Source of the DNA: Muribaculaceae bacterium
GTDB lineage: Bacteria; Bacteroidota; Bacteroidia; Bacteroidales; Muribaculaceae
DNA length: 41,399 nt
Direction of reading: 5' to 3'
NCBI GenBank assembly: GCA_051878395.1
Contig: JBJEKB010000252.1
Coordinates: 429 to 41,827 of the forward strand
This document shows positions 1 to 9,925 of the stretch, piece after piece. The notes beneath the pieces are model-generated. The model was not told the origin of the DNA and ran no database searches. It was given only the letters and a program-made list of their open reading frames with translations. The position numbers and the translations under genes were made by a program. The stretch's first letter is position 1; each line of letters starts with the position of its first letter.

Positions 1-108
1 GCGTTAGCAGCGCGCGGTGAGCGCAAGTGTGGCGGTGGAGCTGCGTTAGCAGCGCGCGGTGAGCGCAAGTGTGGCGGTGGAGCTGCGTTAGCAGCGCAGC
101 GTCCGCCC
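1..108. repeat. 42-bp GC-rich tandem repeat, two identical copies plus a 24-bp partial third
   Basis: The unit gcgttagcagcgcgcggtgagcgcaagtgtggcggtggagct is identical at 1-42 and 43-84. Bases 85-108 restart the unit and end in gcagcgcagcgtccgccc, a string also found at 34473-34490. Confidence 0.9.
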
Positions 109-194
109 AATCAAATTTCGCCAATACAATGGGTGATAAATCATTATTCGATGATGAATCATTCTACCGGCGGTAGAGACGTGATGGGTAAAAT

Positions 195-238
195 ACAGCC
201 TCGAGCACTGATTATTCGGCTCGAGGCTGTTTATTTTC
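195..238. terminator. Rho-independent-type hairpin downstream of the aquaporin gene
   Basis: An 11-bp perfect stem (acagcctcgag 195-205 pairing with ctcgaggctgt 220-230) is followed by ttattttc on the + strand. The upstream side is A-rich, so weak function on the - strand is also possible. Confidence 0.6.
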
Positions 239-293
239 AATTTCAATCCCCCTCAGTCAAAGAGAGAGGGCGGTGTGGTGTCGCACCCGGGGA

Positions 294-983
294 TTATTTA
301 TCGCATTTTTCGCAGGTGAGGACTTTCCACACACCTGCGCTTAGGGCTGCTCCTACCAACGGCGCTACGATAAACAGCCACAATTGACTCAAGGCTTCGC
401 CTCCTTGGAAGATAGCCGGACCTATCGAGCGTGCGGGGTTGACCGATGTGCCTGTGATGGGGATGCAGACGATGTGAACGAGGACGAGGGTGAGTCCGAT
501 TGCAAGTCCGGCAAGCGAACCTGCTCCGCGTTTCTCATCGGTTGCGCCAAGCACTACGAGTACGAAGATAAAGGTGAATACCGCCTCGGCGATGAATGCT
601 TGCAGCATCTCACCTTCGCCAAAGCCGTTGGAGCCTGTGCATGTGGGTCCTTCGTGAGCACCGGTCGAAACGAGGGCGTAGAGGATTGCCGAGCCGATGA
701 TGGCACCAATTACTTGGAATACCATATACATTCCGGCGTCTTTGGCGTTCATGCGTCCGGAAAGATACACACCGAGGGTGATGGCGGGGTTGATGTGGCA
801 CCCCGAGATGCCGCCAATAGCGTATGCCATTGCCACAACCGAGAGACCAAATGCGAGGGCAACACCGAGTGTGCCTACTCCGGTGCCAACCTCAGCGGCT
901 ACATTGCCGGCAAATACTGCGCTACCGCAGCCCATGAGCACGAGCACCATTGTGCCCACCATTTCTGCTAAATACTTCTTCAT
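294..983 (-). CDS. aqpZ: Aquaporin Z / MIP-family water channel
   Basis: Two NPA boxes (HINPAITLG and SVNPARSIG) and six hydrophobic segments. I prefer the ATG at 983 (MKKYLAEMVGT...) to the GTG at 1025 used by the ORF track. Confidence 0.9.
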   Translation of the reverse strand: MKKYLAEMVGTMVLVLMGCGSAVFAGNVAAEVGTGVGTLGVALAFGLSVVAMAYAIGGISGCHINPAITLGVYLSGRMNAKDAGMYMVFQVIGAIIGSAILYALVSTGAHEGPTCTGSNGFGEGEMLQAFIAEAVFTFIFVLVVLGATDEKRGAGSLAGLAIGLTLVLVHIVCIPITGTSVNPARSIGPAIFQGGEALSQLWLFIVAPLVGAALSAGVWKVLTCEKCDK

Positions 984-1104
984 AAGATAATGTGTTTGGT
1001 TAATAAATTTGGTTTGTTGGCGCACCTTCGATGCGTCTCGATTGCAAATTTAGAGATATTTTGAAAATCTGCAAGTAACAGTCTCAAAAAATCTTTGAAT
1101 TTTC

Positions 1105-1136
1105 TTTGCAATTGCGTTCGGCTTGCACTATCTTTG
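1105..1136 (+). promoter_or_regulatory. Bacteroidota-type promoter (-33 TTTG, -7 TAnnTTTG) for the SUI1/helicase genes
   Basis: TTTG at 1105-1108, a 20-nt spacer, then TATCTTTG at 1129-1136, 26 nt upstream of the ATG at 1162. The 40-nt block 1097-1136 recurs in reverse orientation at 29926-29966. Confidence 0.6.
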
Positions 1137-1161
1137 TAAAAATATTGTAAAACTTTGTTTT

Positions 1162-1491
1162 ATGGAACTTGATTGGAAAGACCAACTTGCAGCCGCGTTT
1201 AATATCGACCCTGATTCCGTTTCACCAGATGAACCTCAAGCGGAGGCTCCGGCTGCCAAGCAAAACCTCAAAATAATGCTCGACAAGAAAAATCGCCACG
1301 GCAAGGCGGTTACTCTCATCGTCGATTTCAACGGCTCTGACGAGGAGCTAAAGGCTCTCGCCAAGGAACTTAAGGCGCTGTGTGGCGCCGGTGGCTCTGC
1401 CCGCGGCGGTGAGATTCTTATCCAAGGCGATGTGCGCGAGAAAGTGCAAAAATATCTGGTTTCAAAGGGCCACAAGGCGCGTATCATATAA
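1162..1491 (+). CDS. SUI1/eIF1-family translation initiation factor-like protein (YciH-like)
   Basis: The C-terminal ~80 aa (KAVTLIVDFNGSDEELKALAKELKALCGAGGSARGGEILIQGDVREKV) matches the SUI1 fold pattern. I prefer the ATG at 1162 to the TTG at 1123. Confidence 0.8.
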   Translation: MELDWKDQLAAAFNIDPDSVSPDEPQAEAPAAKQNLKIMLDKKNRHGKAVTLIVDFNGSDEELKALAKELKALCGAGGSARGGEILIQGDVREKVQKYLVSKGHKARII

Positions 1492-4400
1492 TGATGAAGA
1501 TGCTCAAAATCACTAAGGCTTCGGCAGGAAGCGGAAAAACATTCAATCTTGCGCTCGAGTTTATCAAGATGATTTTCGACGAGCAGAAGTCGCTGCGCAA
1601 CGCTCATAGCTCTATCCTCGCCATCACTTTCACCAACAAGGCGACCGAGGAGATGAAGGAGCGTATCGTGAAGGAGCTGCATCTTCTTGCCCGCTATGGC
1701 ACGCCGGGGATAGAGAAGAGTAAGTTTATGCCATTGCTGGTCAATGACTTGAAGAAACCGGAGCAGGAAATCAAGGAGATGGCGCAACAGGCGCTCGAAA
1801 CTCTGCTCAACGATTTCTCGGAGTTTAATGTGAGCACTATCGATTCATTTTTCCAAAATGTGCTGCGCAGTTTTGCCTACGAGGTGGATATTATCGACCG
1901 TTTCGGGCTGGAACTCGACGACGATTACGTTCTCGGTGCCGCGGTGCAAGCCATTCCGCAAGGAATTGACTCAAATCCGGGGAAATTGGACATAATCAAG
2001 GATTATTCAATGTCGAAAATGGTCAATGGGAGTAGTTGGGACGTTTTCTCGCGCGGCAACACCCCCAACAATGATGGCACAAACATCTATAAGATTTCAA
2101 AGTTCCTTTCGTCGGAGAAATACAAGACCAATAAACAGGCGTTTGCCGACTATTTCAAGAATGCCAACATTTCTACACTAACCAAAGAAATCGGCAACGC
2201 AATCGCAGAATGCATCGGCAATATAAACTCGGTTATAAATGGATTTAAAGCTGAATTTGGGAATTGTATAAAAGGTAATGTCAAATTTAAGGAGTTGCAA
2301 CCCAATCCCTCTTATAAAGAGATGGACGACCTCTTTGAAAAGCTGACGAAAGAGAAAGGACCCAACTATTTCCTTAAGAGCGGGAGCCCCGCTGCCTCGC
2401 CAACGCTGTTTGACGGTGCAATCAAAGAAATGAAACTGCTTTACGACTTGATGAATATCAAGCCTTTGATTCCCGTTCTTGCGCTTCTCAACGAGGTGAG
2501 CAGCAATGTGGAGGAGTTTCGCAAAGACAACTCGCTGATTCTCCTCAGCGACACCAACGAACTCCTGCACGACATCATCGACAAGGAGAACATTCCGCTC
2601 ATCTACGACCGCATCGGGGTGCGCCTGCGCCATTTCCTCATCGACGAGTTTCAAGACACATCGAAAATGCAATGGGAAAACTTGCGTTTTCTTGTCGAAG
2701 AAAGCCTTGCAAACGGCAATTCCAACCTCGTTATCGGCGATGTGAAACAGTCGATTTACCGTTTCCGCAATGCCGACCCCACACTGCTCGCAAAGCAGAT
2801 TTTCGACGATTTTCGCGGAAAGATTCTCGGCGGTTCAAACGATGGAATAACCACCAACTATCGCAGCGCCAAGGAGATTGTGGAGTTTAACAACGATTTC
2901 TTCGATAAACTGATAGGAAAATTCAGCGAACCGCTCATCACAGGCGCATACCAGAATTGCCCACAGAATATTAACAAGAAGGATTTACCCGGATATGTGA
3001 AGGTGAACCGCTATGTCAGACCCGACAAGGGAGCCCAAGATGAAGTCGAGGAGAGAGTTGCAGACGGCGCGATAGCCACTATCAAGGAAGTGATTGCTCA
3101 CGGCTACAGTTACCGCGACATAGCAATCCTGGTGAATGCCTACGACGATGGTGAGATAATAGTGAATAAGTTGATGCAACAAGGCATCCCTGTGATTAGC
3201 GACGATATGCTCACACTTGCCGGCTGCCCGGCGGTGGGATTGGTTATCAATGTGTTGCGATATATCGACACAAAGGCGGCATCGCCGGAGACCGAGACAG
3301 CCACATCGGGGCGCTATTGCAAAGACGAGCTTGCCCGTATTCGCATAATCAAGCTTTTCAATTCGGAAATCAACAACGGCGCGTCGCCGTCGGAAGCACT
3401 CAAGGTGGCGATAGAAAATTTCCGCGACAATGCCGAAATCTCAGCCATCGAATTTGAAATCAACGATTTATATGCCCTTGTAGAGTCGATTATCGAGAAA
3501 TATGTCGATGAAGGCTCGCGCAGCCGATACTGCGACTATCTCACTGCGCTACAGGATATTGTGGTTGATTACACATCGCGCTATTCACCCGACCTCCATT
3601 CCTTCCTCAAATGGTGGGACGGCAGCAAGACTGCAATCTCATCACCCGACAATGTGAATGCGGTGAAATTGATGACTATCCACAAATCCAAGGGTCTCGA
3701 ATTTCCGATTGTCCTCATCCCGTTTGCCAATTGGGACCTGAAGAAAATCAACCCGGTGCTTTGGATGCCTGTGCCTAATACGATAAAGGACCTTATGCCG
3801 AATGTCGATTTTCCTCCGCTCATTCCCGTAGGCACCTCGCACATCAAAGATGGTTCAGGGTTCTACAATGATTACAAAGACGAACTTGAACGCTGCCTGC
3901 TCGACAATATCAACAAAGCGTATGTGGCTTTCACACGCCCGGTGCGCGAGTTGCATATATCATATATCATAAAAGAGAAGAAAAAGGAAACGGAAAAAGA
4001 ACTATATCTCAGCAAGTTAATCGATGAAATCCTTAATCCTGAGGAGATTTACGAGCATGGCTCCCCGACAAGCCCCGTGAAGAGTCTCGCATCGCCCAAT
4101 GCCTCGGATGTCGCCAACGATATGCCGGCATACATCCCCTCGGCACGCAGTGTGAGCGACAGTTACGACGAGAATCACCACACCGATGAGGCTGAAGCCG
4201 GACTGTGCAAGCACGAGATTATGAGCTATATCACCACTGCAGGCGACATCGACAGGGCTGTGGCAAAGGCGGTGAGGCGCGGAATCCTCCCCGAAAACGA
4301 TGCCGAAGCCACAAAAGCGGAGTTCCGCGGTTTCTTGAGTCAGCCGGAGCCTTCGGGCTGGTTTGCCCCGGGCTTGAAGGTGAAGAAAGAGCGCGAGATA

Positions 4401-4619
4401 ATCTACCAAGGTGACACATGGCGCATCGATCGTGTCATAACTACACCCGATGGTGACACTATTGTCATAGATTTCAAATTCGGCGAACCGGAACCGAAGC
4501 ATCTCAAGCAAGTGCGCAACTATATGCACCTGCTCCGCGAGTGTGGATGCGGCAATATCGAGGGGCGTGTGTGGTATCCCCACCTCGAAAAAGTGGTAAA
4601 TGTGCCGTTTGAGCCGTAG
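1491..4619 (+). CDS. UvrD/Rep-family helicase fused to a PD-(D/E)XK nuclease (AddA/RecB-like)
   Basis: Walker A ASAGSGKTF; helicase motifs FLIDEFQDTS, IGDVKQSIYRFRNA and TIHKSKGLEF; C-terminal nuclease-like motif DRVITTPDGDTIVIDFKFG. The start ATG overlaps the upstream stop (TAATG at 1489-1493). Confidence 0.85.
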   Translation: MMKMLKITKASAGSGKTFNLALEFIKMIFDEQKSLRNAHSSILAITFTNKATEEMKERIVKELHLLARYGTPGIEKSKFMPLLVNDLKKPEQEIKEMAQQALETLLNDFSEFNVSTIDSFFQNVLRSFAYEVDIIDRFGLELDDDYVLGAAVQAIPQGIDSNPGKLDIIKDYSMSKMVNGSSWDVFSRGNTPNNDGTNIYKISKFLSSEKYKTNKQAFADYFKNANISTLTKEIGNAIAECIGNINSVINGFKAEFGNCIKGNVKFKELQPNPSYKEMDDLFEKLTKEKGPNYFLKSGSPAASPTLFDGAIKEMKLLYDLMNIKPLIPVLALLNEVSSNVEEFRKDNSLILLSDTNELLHDIIDKENIPLIYDRIGVRLRHFLIDEFQDTSKMQWENLRFLVEESLANGNSNLVIGDVKQSIYRFRNADPTLLAKQIFDDFRGKILGGSNDGITTNYRSAKEIVEFNNDFFDKLIGKFSEPLITGAYQNCPQNINKKDLPGYVKVNRYVRPDKGAQDEVEERVADGAIATIKEVIAHGYSYRDIAILVNAYDDGEIIVNKLMQQGIPVISDDMLTLAGCPAVGLVINVLRYIDTKAASPETETATSGRYCKDELARIRIIKLFNSEINNGASPSEALKVAIENFRDNAEISAIEFEINDLYALVESIIEKYVDEGSRSRYCDYLTALQDIVVDYTSRYSPDLHSFLKWWDGSKTAISSPDNVNAVKLMTIHKSKGLEFPIVLIPFANWDLKKINPVLWMPVPNTIKDLMPNVDFPPLIPVGTSHIKDGSGFYNDYKDELERCLLDNINKAYVAFTRPVRELHISYIIKEKKKETEKELYLSKLIDEILNPEEIYEHGSPTSPVKSLASPNASDVANDMPAYIPSARSVSDSYDENHHTDEAEAGLCKHEIMSYITTAGDIDRAVAKAVRRGILPENDAEATKAEFRGFLSQPEPSGWFAPGLKVKKEREIIYQGDTWRIDRVITTPDGDTIVIDFKFGEPEPKHLKQVRNYMHLLRECGCGNIEGRVWYPHLEKVVNVPFEP

Positions 4620-4735
4620 TGTAAGTGAAAAGAATGCTAAATTTTACTTATATCGTTCAAAACAGAGCATTTTTGGCACGAAATTTGTATCTTTACAACC
4701 CGGAAAATGTTTAACATATAAAATATAAAATTGAT

Positions 4736-5224
4736 ATGATTAGCGAAAAATTACAAAAGGCTATCAACGACCAAGTTAAAGCCGAAATGTGGTCGGCAAA
4801 TCTCTATCTTGCAATGTCGTTCTACTTCAAGAGAAACAGCTATGACGGTTTTGCAAACTGGATGAAGAAACAATCCGACGAAGAAATGGACCATGCCATG
4901 CAACTCGCCGACTATGTGATGAAACGCGGCGGTGTTATCACCGTTGAAGCTATCGACGCTGTTGACAACGAGTGGAAATCGCCTCTCGATGTGTTTGAGC
5001 GCGTTTATGCCCACGAATGTCATGTATCACAACTCATCGACGCCCTCGTTGATGTTGCTTCTTCCGAGCGCGACAAGGCTTCGCAAGACTTCCTCTGGGG
5101 ATTTGTTCGCGAGCAAGTTGAAGAAGAGGCTACCGCACAAGGCATCGTTGACAAAATCAAGAATGCAGGCGAGGCTCAAGCCGCTATCTTTATGCTCGAC
5201 GCTCAACTCGGCGCCCGCAAATAA
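4736..5224 (+). CDS. ftnA: Non-haem ferritin
   Basis: 162 aa with a four-helix-bundle pattern and ferroxidase-site residues (EMWSANLY, DEEMDHA, ECHVSQ). Confidence 0.85.
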   Translation: MISEKLQKAINDQVKAEMWSANLYLAMSFYFKRNSYDGFANWMKKQSDEEMDHAMQLADYVMKRGGVITVEAIDAVDNEWKSPLDVFERVYAHECHVSQLIDALVDVASSERDKASQDFLWGFVREQVEEEATAQGIVDKIKNAGEAQAAIFMLDAQLGARK

Positions 5225-5250
5225 TTCGGCTCATCGCTACAAAACACAAA

Positions 5251-5282
5251 GCGAGGCTACCATTCGGTGGTCTCGCTTTTTA
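5251..5282 (+). terminator. Rho-independent terminator after ferritin
   Basis: An 11-bp stem (gcgaggctacc pairing with ggtggtctcgc, two G-U pairs) with loop attc, followed by ttttt. Confidence 0.7.
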
Positions 5283-5305
5283 TGACTATCTCGCAAGCCG
5301 GGAGG

Positions 5306-6067
5306 CTACTTGCTCTTGCGGCGGTGTTCGATGATTTTTGCCACCGCTACAAACTGGTAGAAGCCGTCGAGCATCGCGCTGATGAAGCCGGGAACGCCGT
5401 CGCGGATGCCACCCTTGAGGATGTAGGAGCGGAAGAAGCGGAATGTGGGGCGCCAGAGGAGTGCTCCCACGCCGTAGTTTTTGGCGGCGCGCTTCACCAC
5501 CTCGTTTTCGGTGTAGGCGTTCATCTTGTCGAGGACCATTTTCACCGAGTCGTTGGCAATGTGGATGAAGGCGAGGTCGCTTCTCGAAGCCGGGATGCGC
5601 TCAACACGCCCCTGCACCGATGGCATCGTGTGCACGTAGGGCGACCACACCGTCCCCTCCTTGATGAAGAAACGGAGTTGAGAATCGGGGTAATAGCTGT
5701 GCATGAATCGCCCCATGCGGTAGTTTTTGCGCGGAATCCAGAGTCCGGAAGGCGCGTCGGGCGATGAAATCACCTTGTAGAGGTAGTCGCGAAGTGCCTC
5801 GGGGACAATTTCGTCGGCATCGAGCACCAGCACCCAATGGTGGGCAGCCGACTGAATGGCAAAGGTGCGTGCCGGCTCGGCGCTCACGCAGTCTCCCTTG
5901 GGAAATGTAACCACGCGGCAGCCATAACGGGCGGCGATTTCGAGGGTGGAGTCGGTGCTCTCCATGTCGCAGATGAGCACTTCGTCAAAGTTCTTCACCG
6001 ATTCGAGCACCTCGGCGAGTTGCCTTTCGGCATTGTATGTGTTGATAACTACAGAAATCTTGTTCAT
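5306..6067 (-). CDS. Family 2 glycosyltransferase (GT-A)
   Basis: N-terminal VVINTYNAE and a DxD-type LDADE. The ATG at 6067 (MNKISVV) lies 10 nt after the stop of the upstream gene. The track extension to 6181 overlaps that gene and is unlikely. Confidence 0.85.
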   Translation of the reverse strand: MNKISVVINTYNAERQLAEVLESVKNFDEVLICDMESTDSTLEIAARYGCRVVTFPKGDCVSAEPARTFAIQSAAHHWVLVLDADEIVPEALRDYLYKVISSPDAPSGLWIPRKNYRMGRFMHSYYPDSQLRFFIKEGTVWSPYVHTMPSVQGRVERIPASRSDLAFIHIANDSVKMVLDKMNAYTENEVVKRAAKNYGVGALLWRPTFRFFRSYILKGGIRDGVPGFISAMLDGFYQFVAVAKIIEHRRKSK

Positions 6068-6077
6068 TGCAACCGGC

Positions 6078-7268
6078 TTAAAATAGCGAAGAAAGTGTGT
6101 CGAGATAATGCTTGGGAGCGAAACGGGCGAGGCTCTGCTTTTTGATGGCTTCGTAGTCCCAAGAGCGGTTCCAGGCGACATTCACAGCCTCGAGCAGTGC
6201 GTGGTCGTTGCCCGACTCGAATGTTACGCCTGTTTCGGGCGAGATGAGTTCGGGGATTCCGCCGATGTTGGCGCCCACCACCGGGGTGCCGGCACACAAA
6301 CTTTCGATTACACTGAGTGGATTGTTTTCGTACCATTCCGACGGAATAATCGAGAAACGCGCCTCGACAAGGAGTGCCACCACCTGAGCGGCATTTTGCA
6401 TCCCGAGGAACTCGATATTGGGGAAATCGGAGAATTTATGACGCAGGTCGAGGTCGAGCGGACCGCCACCGGCAACTTTGAGCTGAATTTTGGAATGAGC
6501 AAACGCGCGCATGAGCGTTTCCACCCCCTTTTCGGAGGAGAGACGCCCCACATAGAGGGCATAGTCTTTGCGCGGCACGATTGCCGAGCGGGAGAGCGAG
6601 TCAAACTTGTCGGGAGCGATGAAATTGTTGAGAGTGAACAGTTTTTCGGGATTGAAACCGCCCTCTTTCATCTTCTGCGCCATGAATGTGCTGGGACAGA
6701 TGAACAGATCGGTTGCCGCCTCGATGCGCTTGCGGTTCCACTTGAGTGCCTCGATGTAGGCTATGACGCTTGCCGCCAAACTCCCTTTCATGCAGCGGTG
6801 GCGCACCACATTGAATTTCGCGTCGAAACAGAGTTGGCACGGCTTGGAGTTGCGTGTGCAAATGTAGGACGGGCAAAGCAACTTGAAATCATGGAGTGTC
6901 CAGAGCACGCGACACCCGCGGGCTTTCGCCATCTCAGCCACCACCGGCGAGATGTAGGAGTGGATGTTGTTGAGATGCACCACCTCGGGCTTGAACTCAT
7001 CGAGGATAGCTGAGAAAGCCTTCTTCACATCTCCGCATCCCATCACACGGCGTGCGGCTTTGAGTTTGGAACCGGTACCCCCCGAGAAGGATACCTCGGA
7101 AACGAAAAACCGGGAGAATGGCGAAGCGATATTCTCGGGGAATTGCATCGAGAACACCGCCACCTCGCAACCGGCATCTCGGAGCAACCGCTCAAGGTTA
7201 AGCGAGTAGATACAGTCTCCGCCGCGGGGGTAGTAAAATTTATTGACTACGAGTATGCGTTTATTCAT
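6078..7268 (-). CDS. Family 4 (group 1, GT-B) glycosyltransferase
   Basis: 396 aa with the C-terminal motif PSEWYENNPLSVIESLCAGTPVVGANIGGIPE, typical of GT4. Confidence 0.85.
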   Translation of the reverse strand: MNKRILVVNKFYYPRGGDCIYSLNLERLLRDAGCEVAVFSMQFPENIASPFSRFFVSEVSFSGGTGSKLKAARRVMGCGDVKKAFSAILDEFKPEVVHLNNIHSYISPVVAEMAKARGCRVLWTLHDFKLLCPSYICTRNSKPCQLCFDAKFNVVRHRCMKGSLAASVIAYIEALKWNRKRIEAATDLFICPSTFMAQKMKEGGFNPEKLFTLNNFIAPDKFDSLSRSAIVPRKDYALYVGRLSSEKGVETLMRAFAHSKIQLKVAGGGPLDLDLRHKFSDFPNIEFLGMQNAAQVVALLVEARFSIIPSEWYENNPLSVIESLCAGTPVVGANIGGIPELISPETGVTFESGNDHALLEAVNVAWNRSWDYEAIKKQSLARFAPKHYLDTLSSLF

Positions 7269-7356
7269 ATTGAGTTGCTTATTCTTGTAAATAAAACTAA
7301 AAAATCGGGCTTTTATTGTGCTCTCGATGCAATTTATTTCTCATTTTATCGTTTAA

Positions 7357-8781
7357 ATGACAATGAAACCAACAGAATCAGGCAATAGAGGCAGCAAACT
7401 ATTAAAGAACCTTGGAATTTATGCCCTGGGCAATATAAGTTCCAAGCTGATAATGTTTATCCTCGTGCCTGTGTATTCATTTTTCATATCTCCCGATGAA
7501 TTAGGGCGTTACGATATTTTCTTCATGTGTGTAACGGTGTTGTTGCCGATAGTGTCGCTGCAGTTGCGCGATGGCACTTTCCGATTCCTGGTGGATGCCG
7601 ACGATGAGGAGCGGCGCAAGTATGTGGTTACATTCTCGTTGAAAACGCTGGTGCGCAATTTCATCGTGTGCGCCGGAGCGGGAGCGATACTCAGTTTTGT
7701 CCTCGATGATAAATATTTGTGGTATGTGATAGGCTTTGCAGCCTCGCTGTCGTTCTATGAGGTGATCGTGCAGGCGGTGCGCGGCTTGGGGCACACCAAG
7801 GCGTTTGCGGGAGCCGGCATTCTCACATCGTTTCTCATTTGCAGCATCACTCTGCCTCTTGTGGCGGTGTTTGAAATAGGTATCGATGGCATTTTCATAG
7901 GCAATATTGCGGCACGACTGATAGTTATAGCACTGATAGAATTGCGTATTCATCTGTTTTCGCGCTATTTTGTGCCACAACTCCACGACCGCGCTCTCGG
8001 GCGGGAGATTCTTGGGTTCAGCGTCCCGCTTGTGGTGGTAACTCTGTTGCTGTGGGGGCTGTCATCGAGCAACCGCTTCTTCATACAGCACTTTGTGGGG
8101 TATAGCGAGAACGGTTTGTTCTCGGTGGCTCAGAAGTTTGCCGCCATACTCGAGACTCTCGCCCTTATATTCTACCAGGCATGGCAGGAAACAGCCATCA
8201 AGCAATACGACGACAGCGACCGCAACGCTTTCTATTCACGCATCCTCAACATCTACATCTGGTTCCTCACATTGCTTGTGGTTGTGGTCTCCTATGGGGT
8301 GAATTTGCTCTATGGATGGATTGTGAGCGCCGAATATCAGGAAAGTCGCTTCTATCTCTATCCTCTGCTCTCCTCGTCGATGCTGGTGTCGCTCTGCTTC
8401 TTCTACGATGTCGGTTATCAATGCGTGAAAAAGACGGTGCGCGAATTGCCCGGACTTGTAATTGCGTTAGCGATATCGCTTGCAGGCAACTTCTTCTTTG
8501 TGCAGTGGTGGGGCGTATATGGCATTCTTGCCACCCTCAACATCTCCTACTTGGTGCTCATAGCGATAAGGATTGCCGACACCAAGAAATACATCCGCCT
8601 CACACTCACATGGCGCAGTTTCCTATCGATGGCTGTGCTTGTGGCTGCCGGGGTGTTCTATTACATTCTGCCGGGGAAGTTGGAGAATTTCGCATTTGGA
8701 GTGCTCATGTCGGTGGTGCTGCTCGCCTGCGTGCCCCCCGAAATAATTAAGATGGTCTTATCAAAGATAAAACCATCTTAA
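7357..8781 (+). CDS. wzx: Oligosaccharide/polysaccharide flippase (Wzx, MOP superfamily)
   Basis: 474 aa with about 12-14 hydrophobic helices, embedded among glycosyltransferase genes. Confidence 0.75.
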   Translation: MTMKPTESGNRGSKLLKNLGIYALGNISSKLIMFILVPVYSFFISPDELGRYDIFFMCVTVLLPIVSLQLRDGTFRFLVDADDEERRKYVVTFSLKTLVRNFIVCAGAGAILSFVLDDKYLWYVIGFAASLSFYEVIVQAVRGLGHTKAFAGAGILTSFLICSITLPLVAVFEIGIDGIFIGNIAARLIVIALIELRIHLFSRYFVPQLHDRALGREILGFSVPLVVVTLLLWGLSSSNRFFIQHFVGYSENGLFSVAQKFAAILETLALIFYQAWQETAIKQYDDSDRNAFYSRILNIYIWFLTLLVVVVSYGVNLLYGWIVSAEYQESRFYLYPLLSSSMLVSLCFFYDVGYQCVKKTVRELPGLVIALAISLAGNFFFVQWWGVYGILATLNISYLVLIAIRIADTKKYIRLTLTWRSFLSMAVLVAAGVFYYILPGKLENFAFGVLMSVVLLACVPPEIIKMVLSKIKPS

Positions 8782-8794
8782 AACCAACATGCAT

Positions 8795-8823
8795 CTGCGC
8801 CCGATTCCGGCGCAGTTTATTTT
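8795..8823 (+). terminator. Rho-independent terminator after the flippase gene
   Basis: A 7-bp GC stem (ctgcgcc pairing with ggcgcag) followed by tttatttt. It overlaps the stop of the convergent GT4 gene. Confidence 0.65.
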
Positions 8824-9923
8824 CTCTTGTATTTTTTGAACAAAGCCACCATGCTGCCGGCAACGCCTTCCGAGGTGAGTTGCGGACGTTTGCGCTTGCA
8901 AGCCTCGTGAAACTCGGGGTAGCGCCTCACCATCTCAGCCAAATCTTGTTCGTCCCAGTTGTCTTTAGCGATGCCGAGCGACTCATTATTCACGTATGTG
9001 TGGCTACAGGGGAGCGTGTTCATAAGCACCGGTGTACCGGAAACTATCGACTCTGGCACCGACACCATCGAGAGGTCTTTCGATGTGTTGATGAGGATTG
9101 CCGTAGCCTTGTTGAGTATCTGAGCCATCTCGTCGTGGGACTTAAAGCCGAGCAAGTGCACATTCTCGCCTACACCGAGGCTACCAATCAGCGCCTTGAG
9201 GTTTTGTTCCTCCTCGCCATCGCCAATGATGTTGAGTTGGTAGTCTTCAAATCCGGGCATTTTTATGAATCGTGCAAATGTGGCTATCATTTTGTCGATG
9301 TTTTTGCCGGGCACAAGGCGAGCGAGAATCACGAAATAGCGTTTCATGTCGTCACACGGCACGAGCAAATCTCCGTTCACGCCGTGAGTTACGGTCTCGG
9401 GCAATACCGAGCGGGTGTATTGAGCCACAAAATCGCGAGCCGCTTCGGTGTTGCCAATCACCGGGATGCCGTTGAGATAGCCTCTCACCACTACATTGTA
9501 CCACAGAAGCGAAGGTATCTTTAAGAACTTGTGCTGGTGGAGCGTCAGTTCTTGCCAGATGATGAGTTTGTCGCGCATAACGCGCGCTGTGAGCAGAGTG
9601 GCAATCGAGAAAGACTCAACCGATATCGCCATGTCGTAGCGGTGCTTGTTCTCTCGGAGCCAATTGGTGAAGCCTTTCGGGAAAGGAAGCAGAGCCGGCT
9701 TGAACACCCGAGGCATTACCGATTTGAAATAGACCACCTCAAAAGGGTAATCGTTGTCTTCGGTGGGGCGAAATTCTTCCGACGCAAGGATGGTGGCTGT
9801 GTGTCCACACTTGATAAAGCCCTTGGCGAAATTGCTCACCATGGTGTCTTTAATCGACTTGCGGCGGGTTATTACCCCCTTTTCGGCAGTTGTGAGTATG
9901 AGGTTTACAATGAGTATGTTCAT
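8817..9923 (-). CDS. Family 4 (GT-B) glycosyltransferase
   Basis: 368 aa with the C-terminal motif SMVSVPESIVSGTPVLMN. The start is 2 nt downstream of the preceding gene's stop. Confidence 0.75.
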   Translation of the reverse strand: MNILIVNLILTTAEKGVITRRKSIKDTMVSNFAKGFIKCGHTATILASEEFRPTEDNDYPFEVVYFKSVMPRVFKPALLPFPKGFTNWLRENKHRYDMAISVESFSIATLLTARVMRDKLIIWQELTLHQHKFLKIPSLLWYNVVVRGYLNGIPVIGNTEAARDFVAQYTRSVLPETVTHGVNGDLLVPCDDMKRYFVILARLVPGKNIDKMIATFARFIKMPGFEDYQLNIIGDGEEEQNLKALIGSLGVGENVHLLGFKSHDEMAQILNKATAILINTSKDLSMVSVPESIVSGTPVLMNTLPCSHTYVNNESLGIAKDNWDEQDLAEMVRRYPEFHEACKRKRPQLTSEGVAGSMVALFKKYKRK

Positions 9924-9925
9924 AT

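Noticed and set aside
133-166. Fur-box-like AT-rich imperfect repeat (tgataaatcattattc / gatgatgaatcattc)
   Set aside because: It only loosely resembles GATAATGATAATCATTATC. It lies downstream of the aquaporin 3' end, not upstream of any gene start in the window. The ferritin gene at 4736 has no comparable site.
1023-1161. N-terminal extensions proposed by the ORF track (GTG at 1025 for aqpZ, TTG at 1123 for SUI1; likewise 6181, 12862, 13652, 29306 and 38557)
   Set aside because: The extensions use non-ATG starts, overlap upstream genes or promoters, and add residues outside the conserved family cores. Downstream ATG codons give canonical N-termini or signal peptides.
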